From the NCBI GenBank assembly GCA_963662795.1, contig OY759746.1, forward strand, positions 2,080,001 to 2,144,000: a stretch of DNA of 64,000 nucleotides. Reading direction: 5' to 3'. This document shows positions 1-10,189 of this stretch, piece after piece (position 1 is the stretch's first letter; every line of letters starts with the position of its first letter). This DNA is from Spirochaetia bacterium (GTDB taxonomy: Bacteria > Spirochaetota > Spirochaetia > CADAEX01). The position numbers and the translations under genes are program-made. The notes beneath the pieces are model-generated. The model worked only from the letters and a program-made list of their open reading frames with translations, searched no databases and had not been told where the DNA came from.

Positions 1-2
1 TA

Positions 3-302
3 AGTCAAGATAAAATTGGTGGAAAAAAAATGAATGAAGAGAGCATTACGAAATTTTTTATGGAGTTTACAGAAAAATTGTTAATTTGGGGTTCTGATGA
101 AGTTATTAAAAATTATACTCGATATAAAGCAAAAATGCTCTCTACATCTACTGAAAAAAATGAAAAAGGAGATGTTTCATCTCTTTTTATCTTAGAAGAA
201 TTATTACTAGCAATTAGAAAAGATACAGGGCATAAAAATAAAAATATGAAGACTGGTGATATTTTGAGATTATTTATTAATGATATTGATGAATATATAT
301 AA
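3..302 (+). CDS. Hypothetical cassette protein, 3' part (frame open from window start)
   Basis: ORF 30..302; same frame has no stop back to position 3; followed by attC unit. Confidence 0.7.
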   Translation, partial: SQDKIGGKKMNEESITKFFMEFTEKLLIWGSDEVIKNYTRYKAKMLSTSTEKNEKGDVSSLFILEELLLAIRKDTGHKNKNMKTGDILRLFINDIDEYI

Positions 303-426
303 TAAAATATGGATGAATTGTTTTTAAAAAGTAAAATATCGATTTAATAATAGTTTTGTATATAGGGGTAAAAGTCCAGCCTTGGCTTCCAGCCGTGCGG
401 CCTGGACAAGAAGTGGGGGCACTGGT

Positions 427-618
427 GGATAACAGCGATTATTTCGCTGCGCTCCCTGTGGTCGCTTGGGCTCCTGCCAGTTGAGCTGGCAGATCGCCAT
501 ATTTTGCTTTCATAAAACCTGAACAACATGTGTTTTATGCTCTTCAAGTTTGTAAAAACTAAATAAATGTATTTTAGAGTTTAGCCACAAAACATCGAAT
601 AATCGCGGGACGTTATAG
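427..618 (+). repeat. Outer attC-like site 1, family A
   Basis: GGATAAC-AGCGATTATTTCG...CGAATAATCGCGGGAC-GTTATAG; full unit with flanking hairpins ~374-670. Confidence 0.9.
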
Positions 619-705
619 GCAATACCTCCGCGAAGAGGCGATCGCCCGGACCTCCGGCCCACGGGCGAGGATATGTAGGCAAAGAAAAAGTGCAAGGGAA
701 AACTC

Positions 706-1149
706 ATGGACGAATTAATAATTCGAAAACTTGAAGAGAAAGATTTAGAAGAATTATCACTTCTTTATAAACAGTTCTGGAATGAAGAATCGAATATTGA
801 AAAGATTAAGGTAAAATACCAAGAGATAAAGAATAATCCAAATTATATAATTTTATCAGCAGTTATTAATGGGAAAATTGTTGGTTCAATTTATGGTGTT
901 ATGTGTGAAGAATTATATGGATCATGCAGCCCTTTTCTTGTTATGGAAGATTTGATTGTTGATAAAAAAGTAAGAAGAAAAGGAATAGGCAAAGCATTAC
1001 TTGAAAAACTTGAAAACATAGGAAAAGCGAAGAGATGCAGCCAGATAATATTTATTACAGAAACAAACAGAGTTGATGCAGTTTCCTTTTATGAAAAAAT
1101 GGGTTTTAACTCAAAAACACATACTGGCTTTAAAAAACAATTGAATTAG
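706..1149 (+). CDS. GNAT family N-acetyltransferase
   Basis: Motif A LIVDKKVRRKGIGKALL and AVSFYEKMGF. Confidence 0.9.
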   Translation: MDELIIRKLEEKDLEELSLLYKQFWNEESNIEKIKVKYQEIKNNPNYIILSAVINGKIVGSIYGVMCEELYGSCSPFLVMEDLIVDKKVRRKGIGKALLEKLENIGKAKRCSQIIFITETNRVDAVSFYEKMGFNSKTHTGFKKQLN

Positions 1150-1188
1150 ATAATGGACAAAGGTAGAAAAAGGTATTATATTGTAAAA

Positions 1189-1204
1189 GTACGCTAAGGC
1201 GTAC
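1189..1204 (+). promoter_or_regulatory. Palindromic operator candidate of the YefM-YoeB module
   Basis: GTACGC-TAAG-GCGTAC just upstream of the antitoxin RBS. Confidence 0.55.
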
Positions 1205-1214
1205 GGAGGGGATT

Positions 1215-1457
1215 ATGGGTGCAATAAATATAACAAATGCAAGGAAAGATTTATATAATATAGTCAAAGCAGTGAATGATTCACATGAGCCAGTGATAAT
1301 TACTGGAAAAAACTCATCTGCAGTAATTGTAGGAGAGAGTGACTGGAGGAATATAGAGGAAACACTTTATCTTGTATCAATACCTGGAATGAGACAGTCA
1401 ATTCTTGATGGAATGAAAGAACCAATAGGAAAATTATCCGAAAAATTAGATTGGTAA
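1215..1457 (+). CDS. yefM: Phd/YefM family antitoxin
   Basis: N-terminal NITNARKDLYNIVKAV...PVIIT; overlaps toxin gene. Confidence 0.9.
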   Translation: MGAINITNARKDLYNIVKAVNDSHEPVIITGKNSSAVIVGESDWRNIEETLYLVSIPGMRQSILDGMKEPIGKLSEKLDW

Positions 1458-1720
1458 TTATGTACAAAGTCTTATTTACCAAGCAAGCACAGAAAGATGC
1501 AAAAAAGCTCTCATCATCGAATTTAAAAAAACAGGCACAAGAGATACTTGAGATATTAAAAGAAAACCCTTTTAAAGAATACCCACCCTATGAAAGATTG
1601 ATTGGGGATTTAACAGGAGCTTTTTCAAGACGAATAAATATCCAGCATAGAATAGTGTATCAGGTGTATGAGGAAGAAAAAATAGTAAAAGTAATCAGGA
1701 TGTGGACACACTACGAGTAA
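1451..1720 (+). CDS. yoeB: Txe/YoeB family toxin (start may be 1460)
   Basis: PPYERLIGDLTGAFSRRINIQHRIVY...WTHYE. Confidence 0.92.
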   Translation: MVIMYKVLFTKQAQKDAKKLSSSNLKKQAQEILEILKENPFKEYPPYERLIGDLTGAFSRRINIQHRIVYQVYEEEKIVKVIRMWTHYE

Positions 1721-1788
1721 TTAATAAGAAAAGAAGACGCCCAGCCCTTGGCGGTGCCGTGCGGGCTGGAAGACGCGGAGGTACATGC

Positions 1789-1980
1789 CTATAACAGCGA
1801 TTATTTCGCTGCGCTCCCTGTGGTCGCTTGGGCTCCTGCCAGTTGAGCTGGCAGATCGCCATATTTTGTTTTCATAAAACCGGAACAACATGTGTTTTAT
1901 GCTCTTCAAGTTTGTAAAAACCAAATAAAAGTATTTTAGAGTTTAGTCATAAAACATCGAATAATCGCGAGACGTTATAT
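1789..1980 (+). repeat. Outer attC-like site 2, family A
   Basis: CTATAAC...GTTATAT; unit ~1740-2033. Confidence 0.9.
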
Positions 1981-2075
1981 GCAATACCTCCGCGAAGAGG
2001 AAACCGCCCGGACCTCCGGCCAACGGGCGAAGATGCTTTTTAAAAAATTACTAAAAGACAAAAGAAGGAGATATT

Positions 2076-3740
2076 ATGAAAAATTTAGCTTCTTTTTCGA
2101 TGATTCACCAAAGAGTTTTAGCAATAAAAGAACAACAAGAATTGGAAAACATCGGACAAGCCTTTGATAGATTAGCGATGAGGGTAATTCTTAGGATTAA
2201 TGATGATGATATTGAGGAATCAATAACAGACGGCTCGAATGATTGTGGTATTGATGGAGTTTTTATTGAAGAAAAAACAATACACATTTTTAATTGTAAA
2301 TATGCATATGATATAGAACAAACTGTAAAAAATTTCCCGGGAGTAGAAATTGATAAAATTATTTCAACTATGAATCTGATATTATCTTCTAATCTATCAA
2401 GAGATTCAGTAAATGATGCCTTATGGGATAAGTATATAGAAATTAAAGAAATGTTTTTATGTGGAAGTGCAAATAAAATAGTTATTCATCTTGTATCAAA
2501 TAAAGAAAAACCGATCCATCATGATAAACAGAAATTAGAAACTGCATTATCGAGATATAAAATAATCGAGTATAAATACTATGACCTAGAAACAATGGTT
2601 ACTATCCTTCTTTCTTCTAAAGAAGAGAAAATCGATTCATCACTATTATTATTGGATGATCAACATTTTGATAAGTCCGATGGTGTTTTAAAAACAGTCA
2701 TTGGTGTTGTTACTGCTGAAGATTATTTAAAAATGCTTTTAGATAATAATGATAAAAATAAATTGATGGAAGGAGCATTTAATGACAATGTTAGACTTTA
2801 TAGACCAAAACATTCGGTGAATAAAGCAATAATAAAATCAGCCCTTTCTGATTTAAATTATCAGTTTTTCTATTTAAATAATGGAGTTACAATATTGTGC
2901 GAAGAATGTAATTATGTTCCACACGTTCGTAATCAGACGATAAGTATTAAAAATATGCAAATAATAAATGGAGGGCAAACAACACATTCATTATTTGAAG
3001 CTTATAAAAAAAACCCTGAGAAAGTTCGTAGCATAGATATTCTTGTGAGAATCTGTATAGCTAAAAAAGATTCAGATTTAACAGATATGATAAGTGAAAG
3101 CACAAATAATCAGATCCCGATAGCCTCACGTGATTTAAAAGCAAATGATATTATACAAAAAATGTTACAAGATGAATTTGAAGCAATTGGATATTTTTAT
3201 GAAAGGAAAAGTAACCAATATACAGAAGTCGATTATAAAAGAGTTTTAAATAATGAACTTTTAGCACAATTATATCTTGCATATGAATTAAACCAACCAG
3301 CAGAAGCTAAAAATAATAAAAATCAAATATTTAGTAGTTTGTACGAAAGTATTTTTGATGAAGAAAAAATATCTGCTAAAAAATTATTAAGTATATATAA
3401 TGTTTATCTACCATTAGCAAAAATAAAACAAGAAATACAAAAAAAGAAAAGGAAAAAAGAATTAGAAAATGAAAAAGATGCTTTTCACTCTAGAGCTATA
3501 TTCCATATTCTATATGGTGTGAAAATAATATTAAAAAATGAAGAAAAGGATATAAATAATAAAAATGATACTGAATATGCAATAAGTAAAAGCATTGATT
3601 ATATTAGAGAGATTGTAGAAAGTGAAATGGACAAAAGAAAAGAATTATATACACATGATAAACTTTTTAAAGAAATTGCTACGAATAGAATTGTTGCAGA
3701 GCATTTTGCAAGTAAATATCCAGGAAGAAGTTGTTTTTAG
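2076..3740 (+). CDS. AIPR family (abortive infection phage resistance) protein
   Basis: N-terminal DGSNDCGIDG, then NVRLY, FFYLNNGVTI, QIINGGQTT, TNNQ motifs. Confidence 0.88.
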   Translation: MKNLASFSMIHQRVLAIKEQQELENIGQAFDRLAMRVILRINDDDIEESITDGSNDCGIDGVFIEEKTIHIFNCKYAYDIEQTVKNFPGVEIDKIISTMNLILSSNLSRDSVNDALWDKYIEIKEMFLCGSANKIVIHLVSNKEKPIHHDKQKLETALSRYKIIEYKYYDLETMVTILLSSKEEKIDSSLLLLDDQHFDKSDGVLKTVIGVVTAEDYLKMLLDNNDKNKLMEGAFNDNVRLYRPKHSVNKAIIKSALSDLNYQFFYLNNGVTILCEECNYVPHVRNQTISIKNMQIINGGQTTHSLFEAYKKNPEKVRSIDILVRICIAKKDSDLTDMISESTNNQIPIASRDLKANDIIQKMLQDEFEAIGYFYERKSNQYTEVDYKRVLNNELLAQLYLAYELNQPAEAKNNKNQIFSSLYESIFDEEKISAKKLLSIYNVYLPLAKIKQEIQKKKRKKELENEKDAFHSRAIFHILYGVKIILKNEEKDINNKNDTEYAISKSIDYIREIVESEMDKRKELYTHDKLFKEIATNRIVAEHFASKYPGRSCF

Positions 3741-3794
3741 AAAAGTCCAGCCTTGGCGTTGCCGTGCGGCTTGGACAAGACGCGGAGGTACTGC

Positions 3795-3965
3795 ATATAA
3801 CATAGGATAAAGCGCTTCGCTCGGAGTACCTCGCTTGGCCTACGGCACACATCGTAGGTTTGATCTGCAACTTTTAAAAACAATAAGTTTTGGATAAAAA
3901 ATATTGTAACTTTGAAATACTAATTCTTTGCCTACGATGCGTCGCTTATCCTCGGGACGTTATAG
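3795..3965 (+). repeat. Outer attC-like site 3, family B
   Basis: ATATAAC-ATAGGATAAAGCG...CGCTTATCCTCGGGAC-GTTATAG; unit ~3745-4017. Confidence 0.88.
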
Positions 3966-4381
3966 GCAATACCTCCGCGAAGAGGAGATCGCCCGGACCT
4001 CCGGCCCACGGGCGAGAGAGTTTGAAAAATTGGATTTGTTTTGAAACAAAACATATTAAGGCAAATAATAAATGGATAAAAATATAGAGATTGAAGCGGA
4101 TAGAAGTATTCAAATAAGTAAAAAAGCCATATTTAAAGCAGAGAATAATTTTAAGATTAAAATACATGATAATGTTGTAGTTGAAGATTTTGTAGAAATA
4201 ATCGCAGATAAATCAGATTGTGAAATAAAAGATTCATTTATTGGAGAAGGATGTAGAGTAAGAAATAGTGTTGTCGAAAAAGTAATGGCTTTACCTGGAA
4301 GCCAGATACTTGAAACAACCATTAAGGTAGATGAAAAGAACAGGCAAACTGGGCTGTACTGACAATAGTGGACACGAATAT

Positions 4382-5245
4382 TTAAGCTGTCCTCTTTTGA
4401 TTTGAAAACCATAGCTCCGCATATCGTGCGGGGGCAATGTTTCCGAGTCCCGAATGCCTACGAATCCGGTTATAAAATACTTCGATATATTCTTGGATTG
4501 CCGCCTTCGCTTCTGCTCTTGTGGCAAATCTTCGATGATAAACAAGTTCCCTCTTGAGGAATCCCCAGAAGCTTTCAGTCGGAGCGTTATCATAACAGTT
4601 ACCTCGGCGTGACATCGATGCCCTCATTCCGGCTGATTGTACCGCCTTTTGATATGACAACGCACAATATTGACTTCCACGATCTGAATGATGAATACAC
4701 CCCGGTTTCGGTTTCCGATAATACAGAGCCTTTCTAAAGGCTTCGTGCACCAGCTCCTTGGTCATCCGATCTCCCATTGCATGTCCGATGATTTCACGTG
4801 ATCCGAAATCTTTGACACCTGCGAGGTAGAGCCATCCCTCACCGGTAGAAATATAGGTAATGTCGGTTCCATACACGACTCCTGGTTCCATTACGCTGAA
4901 GTCCTGCTCCAAAAGATTTGGCGCGACCGGAAGATTATGGTTAGAATTGGTGGTTGCGATAAACTTCTTATTCTGTATGCATTTGATCCCCATTTCCTTG
5001 CGAAGTCGGGCAATTTTATCACGCCCTATAATTACACCATTGTCTGCCAGTTCACTCTGTATACGACGAGGACCATAGGTCTTGCGACTGAACTCATGCA
5101 CAGCCCTGACAAGAGGTTTTATTTTTTCATCATTATTTTTCCGAGCTGACGGAGACCGACGCAGCCAGGCATAGAAACCACTTCTGGATACCGTGAGAAC
5201 TCGTGCCATCAGTTTTACTGGATAATTTGACCGCTCTTTTTTCAT
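4382..5245 (-). CDS. IS3 family transposase OrfB (DDE)
   Basis: TDITYI, HHSDRGSQY, GNCYDNAPTESF motifs. Confidence 0.95.
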   Translation of the reverse strand: MKKERSNYPVKLMARVLTVSRSGFYAWLRRSPSARKNNDEKIKPLVRAVHEFSRKTYGPRRIQSELADNGVIIGRDKIARLRKEMGIKCIQNKKFIATTNSNHNLPVAPNLLEQDFSVMEPGVVYGTDITYISTGEGWLYLAGVKDFGSREIIGHAMGDRMTKELVHEAFRKALYYRKPKPGCIHHSDRGSQYCALSYQKAVQSAGMRASMSRRGNCYDNAPTESFWGFLKRELVYHRRFATRAEAKAAIQEYIEVFYNRIRRHSGLGNIAPARYAELWFSNQKRTA

Positions 5246-5550
5246 GAACGCGTACCGGGCAGCGATTCCTTGGCAAAGTACGCGGTGGCTTTTTTTAAGA
5301 TTTCCCGCTCCATACGGGCTTCTGCCAATTCCTTTCTTAATCGATTATTTTCAGCAATTAGCTCAGCGTTGGATCGCTCACCGGGTAATGCTGGTATCTT
5401 TCCTAACTTTGCAATTGCCAGCCAGTTCCCGATAGTACCCTTTGGGATCATTAATTGCCTGGCGGCTTCCTCACGCGAGAGCCCTTGTTCGATAACCATT
5501 TTTACGGCCTCGGCTTTCAGTTCTTCACTGTAAGACCTGTTCTCTTTCAT
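5242..5550 (-). CDS. IS3 family transposase OrfA (HTH)
   Basis: YSEELKAEAVKMV...EREILKKATAYFAK. Confidence 0.93.
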   Translation of the reverse strand: MKENRSYSEELKAEAVKMVIEQGLSREEAARQLMIPKGTIGNWLAIAKLGKIPALPGERSNAELIAENNRLRKELAEARMEREILKKATAYFAKESLPGTRS

Positions 5551-6205
5551 CGCTACCTTTCCTCTGGTTAGCTTAACATACCGTGTCCATCAAAGTCAGT
5601 ATAGTTCAAACTGGTTACAAGTATTTAATAGTGTTAAAGCCTGGATTAAATTATGATGAGAATAATTTTGCTTTTACAAGAGGAGCTGTAATTAAGAGAA
5701 TAAATGAGTTAAATCTAAATATGCCAATAGAAATACCAGTGGACATTGCCTTATTGAAAAGGAAGAATATTTTAAAATAAAAGAGAAAAACAAAAGAGAA
5801 ATAAAAATTTATAAAGAAGTAGAAGGAAAATATTTTATAATCAATTCCCAGTACTCTCATTCAGAAGCTTATGAGCAGTTTTATAATCCTGAGTATTTTA
5901 ACAAATACGAATACCTTGAAGATATAAATATACATGAATTAAAAGTTGCTGAAAATGAAATAATAATTGATCTAAAACAAATAAGAAAAGAAGAAGGAAG
6001 AAAGGATGTCGATGTTCAAAGAAAAATAAATGATATATTTTCTAAGTGTGTGAATTATAGAAAAATGATTTTTGTGATTGAAGAAAAAAAGATTCTAGTA
6101 GTTGAGTCGTAAACAATATAAGCAGAAGTATAAGAAAAGAAGCCTTGAAAAAGAAAGCCAGCCCTTGGCGGTGCCGTGCGGGCTGGAAGACGCGGAGGTA
6201 CATGC

Positions 6206-6378
6206 CTATAACAGAGGATAATTCGCTACGCTCGGAGTACCTCGCTTGGCCTGCGGCATATTTTACTATCATTTAAACCAGTCAATTTGAATATTATTTT
6301 TTTTAAGTATAGAAAACAGACAAAAAAAATATATAAAGTTTGTGCCGTAAAACATCGCTTATCCTCGGGACGTTATCT
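6206..6378 (+). repeat. Outer attC-like site 4, family B
   Basis: CTATAAC...GTTATCT; unit ~6158-6424. Confidence 0.88.
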
Positions 6379-6586
6379 GCAAAATCGCCCAAAGAGAATG
6401 AGCGTGCCGTCTTGGCACGCAAGATAATAATGATATATATTAATTTAACTTATTGGAGGATAATGTGGAAAAAATAAAGATTAAACAAGGGAAAGGGCCT
6501 GATTTTATTAAGTACTTTATTCCTATCCTTGAGGTTTTAAAATCACTTGGAGGTTCTGGAACACCTTCAGAAGTAATAGATTTAAT

Positions 6587-7861
6587 CATAGGTGTCCAAA
6601 ACAAGGACTATTAATTGCCTGAAATCCCAACTATAATGAATTAAGCTTGGACGGCTAATTCTTTACAGGAAAAGGAAATCAGGCAATGAGTTACAATAAT
6701 ACCATTTTAAAACAAATTCTACAAATAATTCCGAGACATGAATTTGAAAAATCTGTAAAAAAACATAAAGGGGACTTTGCTTCCAAAGGTTTTACCTGTT
6801 GGCAGCATTTTGTCTCCATGCTCTTTGCACAACTTTCAGGACAGACCGGGTTAAGAGGCATTGAAAACTCTTTTGAATCAATCAGTAACCACCTTTATCA
6901 TATGGGTGTAAAAAAGGTAAAACGCTCTACATTATCTTACGCAAATAATAATAGAAGCTGTGAAGTTTATGAAAATGTTTTCACTGATCTTCTTGATAAG
7001 ATATTATCCATGAAGAGAGCGCATAAACATAAATTTAAAAATCCTCTTTACAGTGTTGATGCATCAACTATTGACTTGTGTTTAAATCTCTTTCCATGGG
7101 CAAATTTCAGAAAATATAAAGGCGGAATAAAACTTAATGTAAAACTTGACCATAGTGGATATATTCCAGCTTTTGTATCAGTTACAACTGCAAAAACACA
7201 TGAAGTCAATTCCTTGAAAAAAATGGCTTTCAACAAAGGCGATGTCATCACGTTTGATCGTGGTTATACTGACTTTAAATTATTCGCAAATTATTGTAAT
7301 ACCGGTATTTATTTTGTTACCAGGTTAAAAAAGAATGCTGATTATAAAATTGTCCAGAGAAAAGATACCTCCTCCTTTAAAAATATTACATCTGATCAGA
7401 TCATAGAAATGAAAGGATTTTACACCAGTAAAAAATGCCCGTTAAAATTAAGACGAATCAGAAGCAGAGATCCTGAAACCGGTAAATATATTGTAATTCT
7501 TACCAATAATTTCCTTTGGTCTCCAACAACAATTGCTGCTGTTTACAAAGACAGATGGCAGATTGAAATATTTTTTAAAACTATCAAACAGAACCTCAAG
7601 ATCAAGAAATTCTTTGGTACTTCCAGAAATGCTGTAATGACACAAATCTGGATTGCCCTAATTGCTTTTCTGTTACTTCAGTTCCTTAAAATGTTTTCAT
7701 GTAGAAAATGGACTCATTTTTCACTGATGAAATTGATTCCTGTAATACTGACATCAAGAAAAGATATCTGGACTGTTCTCAATAAACCGCCATCAGAACA
7801 GACTAGAAAAAGTAGTTTCAATCTTCAACTGGAGCTGTTATGATTGTTTTGGACACCTATG
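6587..7861 (+). mobile_element. IS4 family element (1275 bp), 9-bp target duplication AGATTTAAT
   Basis: Perfect 18-bp TIR CATAGGTGTCCAAAACAA; second copy at 43351-44625. Confidence 0.94.
6686..7843 (+). CDS. IS4 family transposase
   Basis: VDASTID, FDRGY, YKDRWQIEIFFK (YREK motif). Confidence 0.95.
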   Translation: MSYNNTILKQILQIIPRHEFEKSVKKHKGDFASKGFTCWQHFVSMLFAQLSGQTGLRGIENSFESISNHLYHMGVKKVKRSTLSYANNNRSCEVYENVFTDLLDKILSMKRAHKHKFKNPLYSVDASTIDLCLNLFPWANFRKYKGGIKLNVKLDHSGYIPAFVSVTTAKTHEVNSLKKMAFNKGDVITFDRGYTDFKLFANYCNTGIYFVTRLKKNADYKIVQRKDTSSFKNITSDQIIEMKGFYTSKKCPLKLRRIRSRDPETGKYIVILTNNFLWSPTTIAAVYKDRWQIEIFFKTIKQNLKIKKFFGTSRNAVMTQIWIALIAFLLLQFLKMFSCRKWTHFSLMKLIPVILTSRKDIWTVLNKPPSEQTRKSSFNLQLELL

Positions 7862-8715
7862 AGATTTAATAATAGATAAATATTCAATATCAGAAAAAGA
7901 ATTGGAGAAGAAGAATAAAAATGGCGGATTAACTGTTAAGAATAGAATTGCTTGGGCTAGATTTTATCTTGTAAAAGGCGGTGTCCTAGATTCGTCAAAA
8001 AAAGGAATATGGTTAATAAAAGATAATAGCTTTGAATTAAAGAATGAAGAAGAAGCACATACTTTTTTTAAAAAAGTACATGAAAAATACGAGAAAAAAA
8101 CTATTAGTGATAAACAAATAAAACTTGATATTGATGAAGAAATTGAAGAAAAAGTAAGTGATGAAGATTATAAAGAAGAAATGTTAAAGATATTAAAGAA
8201 TTTAACACCTTCAGGTTTTGAAAATATATGTAAAAGATTACTACGTGAATCAGGATTTACACAGGTAGTTGTTACCGGTCAATCAGGGGATGGTGGAATA
8301 GATGGTTATGGAGTGTTAGAAATAAATCCTTTAATGAGCTTTAAAGTATTATTTCAATCCAAACGCTATAAAGATGTAGTAAGCACAGATAAGGTAAGAG
8401 ATTTTAGAGGATCAATGGCTGGAAGAGCAGATAAAGGAATAATAATAACAACTGGCCGATTTACTCAAGATGCTAAAAATGAAGCAGTTCGAGATGGAGT
8501 TCCTCCAATAGAATTGGTAGATGGAGAAAAACTTGTAAACATGTTCGAAAAATTAGAGTTGGGAATAACTTCAAGAACTGTTTATGATATAGATTATACT
8601 TTTTTTGATGAATATAAATAGTGTGATTAATAATTTTAAAAATTATTGAGTTTAATAAATAAGAAAATTGCCTTCGCCATCCATGGCTTAGGCAATTAAG
8701 AATGGGCGATTCAGC

Positions 8716-8907
8716 AGATAACAGCGATTATTTCGCTGCGCTCCCTATGGTCGCTTGGGCTCCTGCCAGTTGAGCTGGCAGATCGCCATATTTTGTTTTC
8801 ATAAAACCGGAACAACATGTGTTTTATACTCTTCAAGTTTGTAAAAACCAAATAAAAGTATTTTAGAGGTTAGTCACAAAACATCGAATAATCGCGAGAC
8901 GTTATAC
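8716..8907 (+). repeat. Outer attC-like site 5, family A
   Basis: AGATAAC...GTTATAC; unit ~8666-8982. Confidence 0.9.
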
Positions 8908-9065
8908 GAAAAACCGCGCCAAGAGACTATAATTTCGCCCCGGGGAAACGGGGGAAAAGCCCGGCGTCCTGCCGGGCTTAAGAAATTGCGAAAAATATTA
9001 TTAAAAAGACTGGAAAAATAATAACTTGTCAGATGTGAAAATAATTGTGAAAATAATAAGAAAAA

Positions 9066-9100
9066 TTGACTTTAATTCATATGTGTATTATAATACACAT
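9066..9100 (+). promoter_or_regulatory. Sigma70-type promoter with overlapping palindromic operator for vapBC
   Basis: TTGACT-17nt-TATAAT; palindrome ATGTGTATTATAATACACAT over the -10. Confidence 0.75.
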
Positions 9101-9113
9101 ATAGAGGTGTATT

Positions 9114-9317
9114 ATGAGAACAAATGTTGTATTGGATGACAATTTAATAGAAGAAGCTTTTAAATATGCTGACAGCATTCGGACAAAGAAAGACTTAATA
9201 GAAGTAGCGCTTAAAGAATTCGTAAAGAATAGAAAAATGAAGAATTTGCGCGATTTAAAAGGTAAAATTAAATTTGCAGATGGATATGATTATAAGAAAA
9301 TGAGAGCAGGCGAATGA
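9114..9317 (+). CDS. vapB: VapB antitoxin
   Basis: MRTNVVLDDNL RHH-type N-terminus; overlaps PIN toxin. Confidence 0.9.
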   Translation: MRTNVVLDDNLIEEAFKYADSIRTKKDLIEVALKEFVKNRKMKNLRDLKGKIKFADGYDYKKMRAGE

Positions 9318-9724
9318 TTTTAGTAGATACATCAGTCTTGATTGATTATTTAAAAGGAATTGATAATAAATCAGCAAAAGCATTAGATGAAATACTTGAA
9401 AATGGAATGCCTTATGGAATTAATGATTTTATTTACCAGGAAATATTACAGGGTTCAAGAACAGTAGAAGAATTTCAGAAGCTAAAGGAATACCTTGAAA
9501 CAATAACCTTTTATTCGCTCAATTATGGAAAAGAATCATTTGAAAAAGCAGCATATTTAAATTTTATATGCAAAAGAGCTGGAGTAACAATAAGAAGTAC
9601 AATAGATTTATTGATAGCTGAAACAGCAATCGAAAATGACTTATTTCTTCTGCATAATGATAAAGATTTTAATAACATGAGTAAGATAATTCCAGAACTT
9701 AAAATATATGAATCAAGAAAATGA
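9314..9724 (+). CDS. vapC: VapC PIN-domain toxin
   Basis: ILVDTSVLID...EILQG...TIDLLIA...HNDKDF. Confidence 0.93.
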   Translation: MILVDTSVLIDYLKGIDNKSAKALDEILENGMPYGINDFIYQEILQGSRTVEEFQKLKEYLETITFYSLNYGKESFEKAAYLNFICKRAGVTIRSTIDLLIAETAIENDLFLLHNDKDFNNMSKIIPELKIYESRK

Positions 9725-9873
9725 ATATTGAATTCATGCATTTTATAAAACCAAAAATATTAAAAAACCTAATTGTAAAAAAGAAAAAAGGAATAGAAAA
9801 GAATTTACCGCTTTCGCACGTCCTGTGCTCAAGCGAAGAGGGGCGAAATTAGGAGAAGAAGGCGCGGTTCATC

Positions 9874-10027
9874 GTATAACAGCGAATGACCGGTTCCGGC
9901 TGTTTCTAAGGAAACAGCCTCCACCCAAATTGCCGAAATAATACATGTTAAGAATAATGGAATAGAGTATAAACTTTTGGAGTGAAAAACACCATCGGCA
10001 ACTTCGGTCATTCGCGGGACGTTATCC
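9874..10027 (+). repeat. Outer attC-like site 6, family C
   Basis: GTATAAC-AGCGAATGACCG...CGGTCATTCGCGGGAC-GTTATCC; unit ~9809-10080. Confidence 0.88.
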
Positions 10028-10116
10028 ACAATATCATCGCAAGAGAACACCGCCCGGACCTCCGGCCAACGGGCGAAGAAAATAGAATCTGCTGTTTAAT
10101 ATACTTTATACAGAAC

Positions 10117-10150
10117 ATATATAGTTTTCTAGTTATTTAATAGGTTAGGC
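10117..10150 (+). other. Cassette-internal attI-like landing site (carrier 1)
   Basis: ATATATAGTTTTCTAGTTATTTAATAG-GTTAGGC; conserved in 6 cassettes, sequence diverges exactly after GTT. Confidence 0.7.
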
Positions 10151-10189
10151 GGACGCCTACACTGAGGCGCTTTTTAGTAGGAGTATAAA

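Larger units (their letters stand above)
4350..5608 (-). mobile_element. IS3 family element (1259 bp), 3-bp target duplication AAC
   Basis: Imperfect TIRs TGGGCTGTACTGACAATAGTGGACACG / CGTGTCCATCAAAGTCAGTATAGTTCA; orfA+orfB. Confidence 0.93.
4072..5780 (+). pseudogene. Hypothetical gene interrupted by IS3
   Basis: Removing the IS and one AAC repeat joins ...KNRQT to GYKYLIVLKPG...NILK* in frame (~150 aa). Confidence 0.8.
6465..8621 (+). pseudogene. mrr: Mrr-type restriction endonuclease interrupted by IS4
   Basis: GTG start after GGAGG gives FIPILEVLKSLGGSGTPSEVIDL, in frame after IS removal with NRIAWARFYL (Mrr N-domain) and GDGGIDG...QSKRY catalytic domain (ORF 7902..8621). Confidence 0.88.

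Noticed and set aside
427-618. tRNA, ribozyme or known ncRNA identity of the repeat
   Set aside because: No tRNA cloverleaf or T-loop and no ribozyme core recognised by eye. An Rfam scan would settle it.
640-670. Rho-independent terminators at the flanking hairpins
   Set aside because: No U-tract follows on the + strand. A minus-strand terminator role cannot be excluded, but loop and mismatch bias favours bottom-strand DNA folding.
344-707. Recurrent short ORFs across the repeats (e.g. ...WRSASSTGRSPSDHRERSEIIAVI..., also 1721, 15343, 18814, 38558, 58825, 62403)
   Set aside because: They are translations of the GC-rich att units. Starts and ends are inconsistent between copies, and variation follows base-pairing rather than codons.
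5781-6120. Possible second decayed gene downstream of the IS3-broken ORF
   Set aside because: Coding-like composition but multiple stops and no recognisable family.
10090-10113. LexA/SOS box in the carrier leader (CTGT...ACAG)
   Set aside because: Spacing is 14 rather than 8 nt and the ACAG half is not conserved in the other carriers.
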